DNA of 64,000 nt from Rhizophagus irregularis (Eukaryota). The notes under the pieces were generated by a model. The model did no database searches. It saw only the letters and a list, made by a program, of their open reading frames with translations, and was not told where the DNA came from. Every line of letters begins with the position of its first letter. The first letter of the stretch is position 1. Position numbers and translations under genes: made by a program. Shown piece by piece: positions 25,160 to 37,870 of the stretch. The stretch spans positions 4,340,001 through 4,404,000 of the forward strand of contig NC_089432.1 in assembly GCF_026210795.1 (NCBI RefSeq), read 5' to 3'.

Positions 25160-26500
25160 TTATTTATATGGTAGATGTGGTAGATGAAAATTTACCTTTT
25201 TATTAGGCTCTTCAGGTGGAATATCATTAATTTTTGCCAAAAGTATTCCACGAATGGTCGCAAATAGTTTGGTTACTTCACTTTTAAGGTGTTCATCATT
25301 AACCTTAACTTTGTGAAGTCCGAGTATCAAAGGCTCTTTGGTTACTGCCACAAATTTATTTTTGAAAGTGACCATTGTGAAGTACCACTTATCTCCTGTC
25401 ATTACCATACCATATACATATTCAAAATCATTTTGATCTCTTTTTCTCTTGAGATCTTTAAGGTTGTGCTATGTGTGGAATTTTATAATTTTTAAATTCA
25501 CAATTCATACTTAATACAAATAAAGGAATATAATACTTACTTGACAGGCAGTTTGCACTTGAATAAAATTTTCACAAAATCCATACTCTAAATCCACAAC
25601 CTTAACTTCTGTCACACAGAATATTTTTTTAATGTATGTAATGGCAAAATCTGTATGACCTTTCCCGTAAGTACCAGATATATTAAATTCCCGATGCATC
25701 TTAATATTATAATTTTTGTCAAATGTTGAAACCACTCCACGTAAAATAGTTGCAACAAAATCTGTGCGTTCTGCCTCATTCTCACATTTGTCTAAGCTTC
25801 CAGATGTTTTTAAGATTAGCTTAAGAAAATCAGTATGAGTTAGTGAAATTAAACATTAACCATACAAACACAACTGCATGATATAAAAAGATTTTGAAGC
25901 AAACCTTTATGTAAGCTACAGCCAAATTGATATTGTCATCGTATAATGACATATCCGCACTAGGTGCTTAAGAAGAAAATAAAAGTCAGAATTACAATTA
26001 AAGCTACTAATTATCAGATTACTTACGAAGTTCTAACTGCAGCAATTCGTTCATTCTCTCTATTGATACCCCAAAGATAGACTCCAATTGTAAGAACTTC
26101 TTATAGGCAGAGTTCATTCTCTCTATTGATACCCCAAAGATAGACTCCAATTGTGAGAACTTCTTATAGGCAGAGAAATCTTGTTGTGCTATATAAAGTA
26201 ATTAAAAATATCAGAAATGATTGAGTTAATGCATGGAAATGTAGTTTTACAGGTGGAAAAATGATGTATTAATTAGAATAAAGTTAAATACTTACAACAT
26301 TCCACTTTGAAAGAAATTTGTTTTAATTTCTCATTATGATCAGGATGGGCTTCCAGGAACGCTATAAGCCCATCCTGATCATTAATTTTTGCAATTAAAT
26401 TAAGTGGAATTATCAAAATTGTTGATGCATCAATGTCTTGCAACAACTTACCATATTCATTTTTTATTTTTATGGTAAGTTGTTGCCAGACATTTTTCAT
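25160..26500 (-). CDS. PD-(D/E)xK restriction-endonuclease-like protein (Crinkler-type REase C-terminal domain), 5 exons
   Basis: GT-AG splicing (26500-26296, 26188-26027, ~25966-25905, ~25820-25541, ~25468-25160) gives one open frame with NEAERTDFV..E..ISG..GKGHTDFAI..VTEVK..G..NFIQ..VYGMVMTGDKWYF. Confidence 0.75.
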
Positions 26501-29374
26501 ATTGGAAACAAAAAGAAAATTTTTTTTATGTTTCCCACAAATCGGTTCGGATCATAGTTTTCTTAATGTATTTACACCTGGTGTGGCACAGAATGCTGGT
26601 CGGTGAGTACGAATTCACATGATTACGTGAATTTCTTTGTGTATGTGAAATTTTTGTTGGATTGTTGGGTACACTTCGCACATATTAAGAAATTTTCTAT
26701 ATAATTACCTTTTCCAAAAACTTACAATCTGGGCTCTGTTCCGTTCATTAGTAAATTTCTAAAGGTCAAAAAGTCATTAGAAAACTTCTATGACTCAGTT
26801 ACTGACTATACCAAAAACAATTTTTCCACCCAGGATAATACAATTCCTATGCTCCGCATTACGTTAGGAGTGGATCTCCATAATTGCATGCTGGCAGGGC
26901 CACCCAAATATGCGTGATAGCACGAACCATCATCACATACCCGAAGATAGTACTATAGTTTCATACCTTCCGCATTATCAGGCGATCCACTCCATGAAAA
27001 TGCTGGCATGACCCCCCAAATATGCTAGGTTATGTAAATATTATATATATGTATTGTATATATATATATATTCGTACTTTCTTTTGATTTTTTGCAAAGT
27101 AAGATACATAACTGACCCTCCTCTGGAATCAGTAGATCTTTAATCAAAGAATGTACGCGAACCATCATTACATACCTGAGAATAGTACAAATACTATACT
27201 GGATTAGAATAACTGTTTGGTACTTGGGGAGATGGATACTTACTTTTATTGCATTACTTGCTTGTATTTTCTTTTCTGGTACATTTTCTAATAATTTGAG
27301 AAATCGCAAGTAGTTACGATGTTCAATAGTTTGTGTTTCTAACACACCTTTCTCCTTGCAATTACACAAATATCCGAACAATGTCCAGTTTTCGGTATCA
27401 AAGTAGCTACACATAAAAGAGCTTTATAAGTATTTTAACTATTAAAACTTCTATATTGACCATTACGTACTCTGGGAAATTTTCTTTGTCCATGATGAGA
27501 ATAAAAATCGCGTTTACTGAAAAATTATTGAAAAAAGTTGTGATATTTTTATACTTTTTTATATCAACAAATTCATCAGTAAATAAATAGTATCGTTTAT
27601 CAAACTCAGATCACATCAAGCTCAATCAACGTGACACCGCGCAGTTTAATTGAATTATTGTATTTTTATATATACTGTATTTTATAATAGGCAGTTAATA
27701 GGCTTATGACGATAATAGAAATCATTTAAACATATTACCAAGCTCGTTAATAGTGCTAGTAACAATCTTATGAATAAATGTTTTAGGATTACAATATCAT
27801 AATTTCTGGCCCATTGTAATAAGTTTAATTTATACAAGATGATGGGTGCAATATATAAATCTCGTCATTGCAGATGAAAAGCTAGCAGGAACTATTTGGG
27901 GAAAATGAAAAGTATGCTTTAATGGACGGAAGAAAAAAGTTTGGTACGAGATGGTGAATTATTCTTTGACGCAATGGACCAATTAGAAGTTGCAACATCA
28001 ATCTACGTCGATTGTTAACCATAATCACAAGTAAAGAAGTTGTGGAAGAATTTACGAACTAGAATAAAGATTTTAGTGAAAGATTACCGTTAAAACCGTT
28101 AGTTACAACGAAACCAAAAGAAGATAATCTAAGTTCGGATGATTACGACGAGACGAGGGATAGTAATAAGAAAAGCGTAAAAGAAAAAAGTGATAACGAG
28201 GGGTGATATTCAGATTAATATAAATGATATACATGGAATATTGAAATTATTAGTTGATAGAGTTAATATATATTCATACAAATTGTAGTAAAAATTTATA
28301 AACTTTATTAACTTTCACAAATAATTTTAATTTTTAATATAGTTATTTTTAATTTTTCTTATTTTAGGTTACAATTAGTAAGTAGAGTATTTAGCATACC
28401 ATTCGGTAGACTGTTTAGTTATAAGGTTATTCAGTTTTTTTTTTAATTGTTTACCTCTATGTATTTTTTAAATAATGTAATGTATAATATTATAATTTAT
28501 AAATCAAGTAAACTTTAAAGGTATACGATTATGATTTAATAAAAGTTATTATGTGGTAAACAAACAATAATTATCAAATTGGTATTTTTTCAAAACCTCG
28601 TAAATTGATACAAGTTTCCTTTATGCTTCCAAAAAATATTTTGTGCTACGTTTCTTAATTTTGTTACACCATTAATCTTTAATTGACCGATTTATTTCGT
28701 TTGTTTACTGTTTGGATGGTGTTACACACCGTTTTTTTTTGTTTACTGTAGGACTTATTTCGGTAGCTTGTGGTGGTAAACGTCTTTATGACAGGCACAA
28801 GTTTTATTAAATTTAATAAAAATTACTATAATTCCCGAGTTTCATACTAAAATAAAAGTTAATAATAAACTGAAAATTTGAAGAAGGAAAATAAAATGAT
28901 AAAACTAATTTTAAGAAAATTTGAATATCTAATTTAAACGTTAAAGAACCAATTAAATTAATAAATCCCTATTTAAGATATCATATAAATTAATCATTCG
29001 AAACTACACCAATTAAAATAATAATTGCTTTTTCAAGATGTCATAAATTATTATTGGTTCGTTTCCTACTGCCTTCGTCACAATTATGTAAATCATTTCC
29101 AGGGTATTTTTTTTTTAATTGATAATCGTATTTTATTCATAGTAAATGTGAAAGAACATATTACATATATATCAAAAATACATTGAAATTTAGCTAACAT
29201 TAATGAAAACTAAATCTCTCCATATCAAAATTGCCGTATAATAAAACAGAGTAGAAGCTACACTAAAATTTGAATACTAGACTATATACGTTATCCTAAA
29301 ATTTTATCTAAAATATTAAATTTTTAACTATTATCTGATGTTAAATTATCTATCTAATTTCCTACCTCCTTTTG

Positions 29375-30501
29375 TTCAGGTTGTCACGATGCCTAAAAAT
29401 TGACGATGACTCACTTTGTTGCCAATCCATCGAACAACCATTATCTCTTGAGGTGGCATTCTTACCTAAATTTCTACGCTGATTTCTTTGTAATTTTCCA
29501 TCTTAGTTTATAAAATCGTCTTGTTCTTTAACTTGCAATCCAATTCCATAGTCTTCACATCTCCACGAACCTCCTGTCGCGTTCCTTAAGGCGTTCTCGC
29601 CTTTGAAATACAAAATGATGTGGCGAGCCTTACAAACTCTAACTATTTTCCCAAAAAATGCCGTATATTTATTCACATATTCTTTGATAATTAAACTATC
29701 CACTTTCGAATTATCATCCGCTATTCTTTTACTTGCTTGCCAGCAAAATTTATTTCTCATTTGATGATACGTCAATCTTGAATCAAACATCCTAAAGAAA
29801 AATTTCCGATTATTCTTTGTGATCGACACGTTAACGCCACCATCTTTGTATATTTGTTCGTAAGCATTACTAAAATGAATGTGGCATCTAACCGTCTTAT
29901 ATTTATAGCATCGTTTGATTCGCATACTTTTAATTAGTCCTACATTATTTATCAAACGTTCGTAAATTTCCATATCGCTCCAATACTAAGGAATATCGTA
30001 AAACGTGATATCACGTGACATCTCGGCAAAATTGTACACGCTTCCTATTACGATTCGATCTTTTTTTTTGTTGTAGTCTCGTTATGACTTCCATAACAGT
30101 ATTTGCCACTGATTTCCCATTACTTCCTTGAGCTTTGAATTTTCCCCGTATCCTGTTATTTTCTTCCGTTTTTTCCAATATAATTCGTTCCTTTGCCGTT
30201 ACATCAGCTTCTAGATTTTTTGATGTCGTCATTTCCCTTAGCTATGATTTGTTCTTTCACTTGCACTTCGGCTTCTAAATCTCTAACTCTGGCGTTTAAA
30301 CTAACTATCCGATTTTCATAATCAATGATCATTTCTTCAAATACCTTGTGTTCTTTGGTCCAACTTTAGATCTCTTGCTGTTACGTCAGCTTCCAATTCA
30401 CTAATTTTATCTTGTAGATCTTTGCTTCCATGCGCAGTAAAATTCTCACGAAATATATTTTCTATTATTTTCTTGAGGACCTCTCCGCTCCATTTTGCCA
30501 T
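29375..30501 (-). pseudogene. Degenerate coiled-coil plus RRM-like ORF (possible mobile-element ORF1-like gene)
   Basis: MAKWSGEVLKK.. with repeated LEADVTAR/LEAEVQVK/LEADVTAK segments, then ITFYDIP*YWSDMEIYERL.. Intronless; broken by stops near 30337, 30239 and 29986. Confidence 0.45.
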
Positions 30502-31922
30502 GAATAACACTATAAAATAATACACCGAAGAAACTTTCGTCTCTCGTTTGTTAAGCCGTATAGGTGTTTTACCCGGTTTACTAAAAGCGTTCAGTCCCAA
30601 AGTCTTCTTTTCGTACTCTATATATTCGTCTACTTTTTTAAGCTCTAATATATCACTATATATTTTGTCGTATATATCTTAAAACTGTTCATAAAACTCT
30701 TTCAAATAAAGTTTGGTATCAACTTCTATGAGCTCCTCACAAGTTTCTTCGTTTGTTTGCGTCATATTTTTATGTTTTGTTAAGCGTTTTATATATAAAA
30801 ATATGTTTTATTTTTCTCGTAAATTTTTGGTATTGAGGATCGTCAGCCATTTCCAGGGTATTCACTTCATCAAGTACCGATCCCCAAATATATGTAACAA
30901 ATAAAAGTTTAAAGTTATTACCCACCGTTTCCACGATAAAATATCTAAAAATGAAACACTAAAATTCCCAAATAAAAACAAAATGGTAGTTTAACGTCAT
31001 TCCGGACCTTAAATGATCCCTATCTATTACCACACTTGACCATCCTAATTCCCATATTAATGATAGTTTAAGGCAGCAAATTAAAAACACTTTACACTTA
31101 AACTAATACAATACTGCGCCCAAAATTAATATATTCACTAGACACATTACTTAAAATAGATAATTATAATCATGCTTTTTCGATTTCGGAAATTATAACT
31201 AGTTTATGATGGCGAACTTCAACATTGGTGATCAGGAGGTGGAAATGAGTTTTTTTTAAAGACTTTCATCAATAGATAGATTGTATTATATAAATAAAAA
31301 TATAAAAGTTATAATTTCTTATACATTTTTATTCATATTAATAATATATTTGTAAAAATTTAAAAATTTACAAGTTTTGATATAAAACAAAGTTTATTAA
31401 TGTGAAGCGCTTATAACAATTTTGATTTATTATCACAAACAAATTTAAAAAAGTATCAAATAAAAAAATTTAGCATATCAGATATCGTCAAAAATATTAA
31501 AAATAAAAAGATATTATCAATAATAAAATATTATATATCGATATTAATAAAAAAATATGACAATTAAATTTTTCAAGTGGTGTTAAATTGCATGATTTCC
31601 ATTAACCTTAATTATTATTTTCATTAATAAAAAGTATAAATAACTAATAAAAATTATTATGTATTAAATAAATAATATATTAATTTTCTAACAAGCTAAA
31701 TAGAAAAAAAAATAAGCAAGAGTAACTAGCAAATTATCCGATTTTTGATATGATAAAAAAAGTTGCATAATAAATCTTACGATTATAATTTTCTTTATAA
31801 TTTAAATTTATACATTAATTTATTTTCTAAAACGTGATAATACTGTCTTACTAGTTATTAGTATAAAGAAATGTTTATGTAAGTACAGAGCTGTGAGCTT
31901 AATAAATAATTATTCGTTTTCT

Positions 31923-32240
31923 TCAGTCAGGGATTTGCATATGATACAGAAAAGAAATTATTTTTAAAGATTTTAAAGCAACCTTATAATAATTCACATT
32001 ATTATTATTATTCTTATTCCATTGAACAGTTTCATAATTCTTTTTTTCTTTCCAGATTGCTTTATATATTATTTCCAAAACCTCCTTTTGCAACATATTC
32101 AATATTTCATATTCAATCCATTCTAATTTTTCCAAACTATTTCTTGCATTAATCTGAGAATCTCGAATTAATTTATCAACATTAAAATTTCCACTTGTCC
32201 AATTTTTGAAATTTTCTTGAAAATGTTTAGCATTACATGA
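31923..32240 (-). pseudogene. TKL kinase N-terminal fragment
   Basis: CNAKHFQENFKNWTSGNFNVDKLIRDSQ..KLEWIEY..IYKAIWK..VALKSL with frameshift; no C-lobe follows. Confidence 0.8.
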
Positions 32241-32715
32241 TATAAAAATAGAAAATTTAACGTATCAATATGTTAAAAATTTTTTTTAATAAAAATTATT
32301 TAAGCGAAAATGTGAAGTGGTTTAATAGTTTAGTCGACCAATGTTTTTTTTCAATAAATTTGTGTCATTCAATGTACTTCAAAATTGGTAATGATATGCG
32401 GTAATGCGCCACACACCAGGTATATTGGTCACAGAAATAATCACATGATATTAAGTTGTTTTACATTTTTACATCTTTTTGTATTAGATAATATGATATT
32501 ATTGTCTTTATAAATGTACAAGTTGTACTACGATAAAGCGATCAATATAAAAAAGATAAAAAATCATTTTTTAAGTTTGAATAAAAATAAAAAAAAAACT
32601 ATTTCAACAAATAGTAATAGTCACTATTTATTTTTCACTAAAATAATGAATCTATAGATTGTTTTATTTACCAATGCTTATAATTTATCATATAATATTG
32701 ATTAAAAACATTAGT

Positions 32716-32744
32716 CCCGATGCGAAACAACGGCATGATACTAG
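32716..32744 (+). mobile_element. Degenerate Helitron 3' terminus
   Basis: CCCGATGCGAAACAACGGC atgata CTAG|T, closely similar to the terminus at 19058-19086. Confidence 0.55.
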
Positions 32745-32899
32745 TATTCCAATAAAATACATATACTGTAGTAGTAATAAAGAAATTTATATTCCTTTTC
32801 TTTTCTTTAGCTATTTTTATCTATAAAATGAATCATTAAACAAATTGTTAATATTATTAGTAAAATTATACATGTAGGAAGCAAATTAATATAAATGAG

Positions 32900-34491
32900 T
32901 ACCTAGGTTGAGTTTAGTGAAATCTATTGCTTCTATGGATAAAGATAATTTTACATCAATAATTTCAAGAATTTTAAGAATTTTATAAAAATAAACTAAG
33001 ACATTAATTACCTGAATATTTAAATGAATTATCATCATCTTTGTCATCAACAGCATTTTTTGGTTCTGGTAGATCTTTAAAGATTAAAAGTCTACTTGTG
33101 TAAACTGCTTGAGGGTTCGTAGTATATGAAAGAGTAGTACCATTATATGGTAATGAAGAAGAAGTAAACTTTTCATTAATTTTATCTGCTTCTTCAATTT
33201 GTTTATTGATTTCCTGATCACTCTTATAATTTTTACTTGAATAATATAATTCAAATAATGAATTATGTAATTCTTTTGCTTTAGGTCGTTTTAAAGGATC
33301 AGCATCCCAACATTGTTTAATTATGTCCAAAATTAGTTGAGGAATTTTGTAATCAGATTTTGGTCTAAGCCCTTTACAAATGCTAATTGCTAAGATTTTA
33401 TCATGAGCAATATCATGATAAGGAGGAAGCCCTGTACAGACTTCATATGCAATAATTCCAAATCCATAAATATCGCTTTCTTGAGTATATTCTTTTACTC
33501 TTAAAACTTCAGGCGCTACATAAGGTAATACTCCATATACTTTTTTATACTCATCTTGAGAAGATTTTACATTTGCTGGCCGACATAATCCTAAACCAGT
33601 AATACGAATATAACCATCATGATTTAATATATTACCACAATGAATATTATGATGAATTAATCCTTGACTGTGAATATCCTCAAGTCCATTTGCAATCCTT
33701 TGTAAAGAGTTCAACTTTTCTCCCTATTTCATTGAATTAAAACTATTATTTAAACGTTGTCTTAAACTGCCATCTTTTGAATATGGCATTACCATCATAA
33801 AATTATTAGATTCTGGATCTTTAGTAATACCATAACAAAAAGTTACCTTATCCGAAGAAATCGTAGTATGTAATTCAATCTAAAATGATTCGTATATAAT
33901 AACAAATAATAATCAGTTTAGTACTTACAAAAGGAAAATATCTAAAAAATTATACATAAATAAGTAACTTACTTCTCTTAAAAAATCAACTGTGACATCT
34001 TGCGAATTATGTAAACATTTTAAGACAACTGGAAAATTTTCGTAATCCTCAGCCCAATATTTACTTCTTCTCCATTTATTATTTTCAAAATCCCATTCTT
34101 CTATATAACCATCTTTCCAAATTGCTTTATAAATAGTTCCAAATCCTCCCTTGGCCAAATACTCAACATTTTCAAATCTATCATATTCAATCCACTCCAA
34201 AATTTTCTCATATCTATTAGCTTTAAGTTGTGCTTTTTGAATAAGCTTATCAATTTCATTATTTCCACTAGTCCAATTTTTGAAATTTTGTTGAAATTTA
34301 CATTGACACCAAGCAAAAGTAATTTTAGGCTGCTTACAATCTTTGCATAAACCATTCCTTTTATAACGTTTTTTTAATTCTTCATTTAATATTAGCTTAT
34401 CAATTAACAAACTTTGTTTATTTGTTAAACGCCGATGCTTAAAATCTTTTATTTGCTTAATTACATCGCCACTGAGCATAAATTCTTTCAT
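32900..34491 (-). pseudogene. TKL kinase gene with nonsense codon and degenerate catalytic motifs
   Basis: Exon 1 34491-33973; exon 2 from 33879 reads ..NSFNSMK*GEKLNSL (TAG at 33726-33724 where paralogues have Trp). HRD is HHN and DLG is GLG. Confidence 0.8.
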
Positions 34492-35149
34492 ATTTTTGGA
34501 TAATAAAAGTGATATTAACTTTATGTTTAAACAGAGTAAAAGGACTTTTTATTTTTTAAAAAAAAACCCACGGCATTATAAAACGTATTACAGTCGCACA
34601 GCAGCGATCGACAAACCTTGAAAATCAGCTGACGAAAATAATTCCGTTAAGAAATTTCTTTTTATATTCTACGTAATACAAATTTCGCAAAAAATAATCG
34701 CCAAAATCACTATTTGTTATTTATTATTTGTGATCATTATGAGGTTACTGTACAGTACATAGATATCAATTAATTGGATAATATATTTTGTATAAAAATT
34801 TTAATTTAACAATTCTAATGTGATTTTTAAATTATTTTAATTTTTGATGCATGCTATTATTGATAATGATAATCCTTTTATATGTTTAAGTTTCAATAAA
34901 TATAAACCAAAAAAAAAAATTATTTAGTCATAATTAGAAAAAAATGAATTCAATTATATATAATATATATGATCATTCATGTTCATGAAAGAAAAATTCA
35001 ACCGCTGGTAAATAAAAATAATTATTGCTACAGTATTATAAAAAAATAAATATATAAATAAATTAAAATTTCCATTTATCTTAACACCATTCTCTTTATT
35101 AACGTGAACTTTTTTTGTTAATTTATATTTCTTTAGTGCTTCCAAAGCG

Positions 35150-36035
35150 AAATAGTATTTAATAACTACATTTGCATAATCGTGTAAATGGTGCCAGGGG
35201 ATAATAGAACGACGACCATCATTTAAAATGCTATATATACAATTTATTGAATTTAATTTATATTTATATGAATTAAACATAAATAAAACATAGTAATAAA
35301 TAATTCTTTACATAATATTATTAACAAGTATTAATATAAATCAGGTCATTTATAATTTTTTTCCTTTTAAAACCTCGGGTGCTACATGCAGTAATACTCT
35401 TATTCGCTGGTTTGCATAATCCCAAATTAGCAATATTGGCGTAACTGAGTAAACCTTTAATATGTTACCACTATGAAAATCTCAATTAGTTAATCCCACT
35501 TTATGAATATTATAAAGGCCATATGCAATATCACTCAAAATATCGAGCTTATTCTTCAAGCTTAAATAAATTGAAATAATTATCTAATTTCGTCTTAAAT
35601 TACCATAATCTGCATACTCCATTACTATCAGGAAATTATTTGATTTAGAATCTTTAGTAATACCATAAATTTTAATAATACGAGCTGAATTATTTACTTT
35701 CAAGTGTGAATTAATATATAATATTACTACCTCATTTAAAAATTCTAGCGTTATATCTTTTGAATTATATAAACATTTTAAATCAACAATTATTTTTCCA
35801 TATCTATTCCATTGATTTGTTTCATAATCTCATTATCTTCTTATTTAACCAATTATAATTAGTATTGGATTGTTTACATTCTTTACATAAACCATTCTCT
35901 TTAATATAATGTTCTTTTAATTTTAAATATTTGGATTTAACTGAAGAATAAAAATTGATAATTGATAAATTAATAATAAATGAAGAATCTTTTATTTGTT
36001 CAAATGTATCGATACTAATATATTTTTTTGTTCCA
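35150..36035 (-). pseudogene. Heavily decayed TKL kinase gene
   Basis: Recognisable pieces IYGITKDSKSNNFLIVMEYADYGNLR, DFHSGNI and HVAPEVL, with deletions and stops. Confidence 0.75.
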
Positions 36036-37057
36036 TAATACTATAAAATTAAAATATTTAATAGGAAAAATACCACAATAATAAATTGTTTTGATATATT
36101 TAGTCCGTAGTTTGTAATCACTAAATGTCAAAAGTAATCACTGCATAATTTTATGAAGGATCAATATAAAGTTTATAAATGTTTCTTAACAGACTTATTT
36201 ATATGTAAGTTGCTTATAATGTAGGCGTTATAAGACAGTTTTTTTTAAAGTAATTAATTGAGTGGCAAAAGAAAAGAAATCATAACATCTAATAAGTTCT
36301 ATCGAATAAAAACAGAAATGATGGAAATGTTAAAATATACAACTACTTTCAATTTTCGTTTTGATTAATGAATGAATAAAGGAAATTTGTAATACAAATT
36401 TCACCATAAATTTCTCACGGACGTTGCAGTCACTGTTAGTGAATGATTTCTAATCACGTGTATATCCAATCAATTATATCACACGTGACTATTAAACGTG
36501 ATCAATTTTTTTTTTTTTGGATCAATCATTCATTAAATCCATTAATTTCAATATTCTTTTTTGGTACAATTTTCATATCACGAAATTTTAGAATGAAAAT
36601 AAATTAACAGTTTTCTCTTTTCTTTTTATTATCGGTCACCCACATTTTTTGAAAAGGAAGAAATTAATATCCTTTTATTGATGATATAATCGATATGTGA
36701 TTTGCATGATTTTTAAATACGATAAATAATTTATTAAGAGCCGAGAAAAAATATGTTCCATTAAGTTAATGAGTCATTTTTATTAGACATTAACATAAGC
36801 GGACTATAAACAATGAACTCTTGCGTATTTGACTAAATCGGATAAATTGGTCTATTTCTATCCGTTGTTCCTGAACTGCAAATTAAAAATATACGGTAAC
36901 TTGTTGACGTATTTTGATATTGATTTATTAATTTATCCTATCCTCAAATCTGTTAAAAGAAACTTTTTAATAATGATTCTTGGCGTGATAAAATAAAAAC
37001 ATATATATTAATAAAAATATTTATTTATTTATACTTTAATCGCATATAAATAAAGTA

Positions 37058-37102
<45 letters not shown>
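37058..37102. repeat. (AAT)n microsatellite
   Basis: About 15 perfect AAT units. Confidence 0.95.
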
Positions 37103-37327
37103 TTATTTAATAGCAAATATCAATAATCCAACTATAAATAATATTAGTCAATAAATATCCCTAAACCTTTTTGCGATATGACTGCAACGACCATAATTTA
37201 GTTTGACAACTTAAAATATACCGTATTCTATCTTAACGCCTTAAACAGCTAAATTTGGTTACAATATAAAAATCAATGGTATTTTCAAAATTTTCTCAAT
37301 TAGCAAATTATTCATTCTAACCCAATA

Positions 37328-37870
37328 CACAGTAAAATTCGATAAACCGGATCTTCGATAAACCGGATTTGGGCCTAAACCGGACTTTTTTGCTGGAACC
37401 AAATCACGTATATTAAAATAGGCTCGATATACCGGAGTTTACTAGTAAAAGCTCGATATTCGCTATAACGGATCAATTTTCTAACCAGCAATAGTAAAAA
37501 TGATTCGATAAACCGGATCACATGACTGGGAACCAATAAAATTTAAGTAACGTGATGCGGTAAATCTTAAATTTGGCCGGAATTATAAAAATCTTAATTC
37601 CGGCTGAAGTTAAGTATTACTTATATATCAATTAAAATATTTTATATTCATTTTCATGACCTCTATATTCATTTTCATGACCTCTATAACTTAAGTCTTG
37701 ATGAAAAAATCAAATTATAGTGTATATTAGTTTTATTAGCATGAAAATTTTTTAAAAATTCAATATAATAGATTTTCAATATATCGAAATTTTTTCGCTA
37801 AACCGGATATCCCGATAAACCGGATATTTTTAGTGGAACCGATAGATCCGGTTTATCGAATTTCACTGTG
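37328..37870. mobile_element. 543 bp MITE, TA-flanked, Tc1/mariner-pogo-like ends
   Basis: TIR CACAGT(A/G)AAATTCGATAAACCGGATCT at both ends with TA outside each; many internal CGATAAACCGGA motifs. Confidence 0.88.

Noticed and set aside
27025..28210. Coding-like fragments (129 aa ORF and 27800-28200)
   Set aside because: No recognisable motif and several disruptions; cannot be assigned without a search.
34101..34355. Alternative-frame or antisense ORFs inside genes (also 60200-60391, 25289-25495, 10901-11113)
   Set aside because: Shadows of the real coding strand with no motif of their own.
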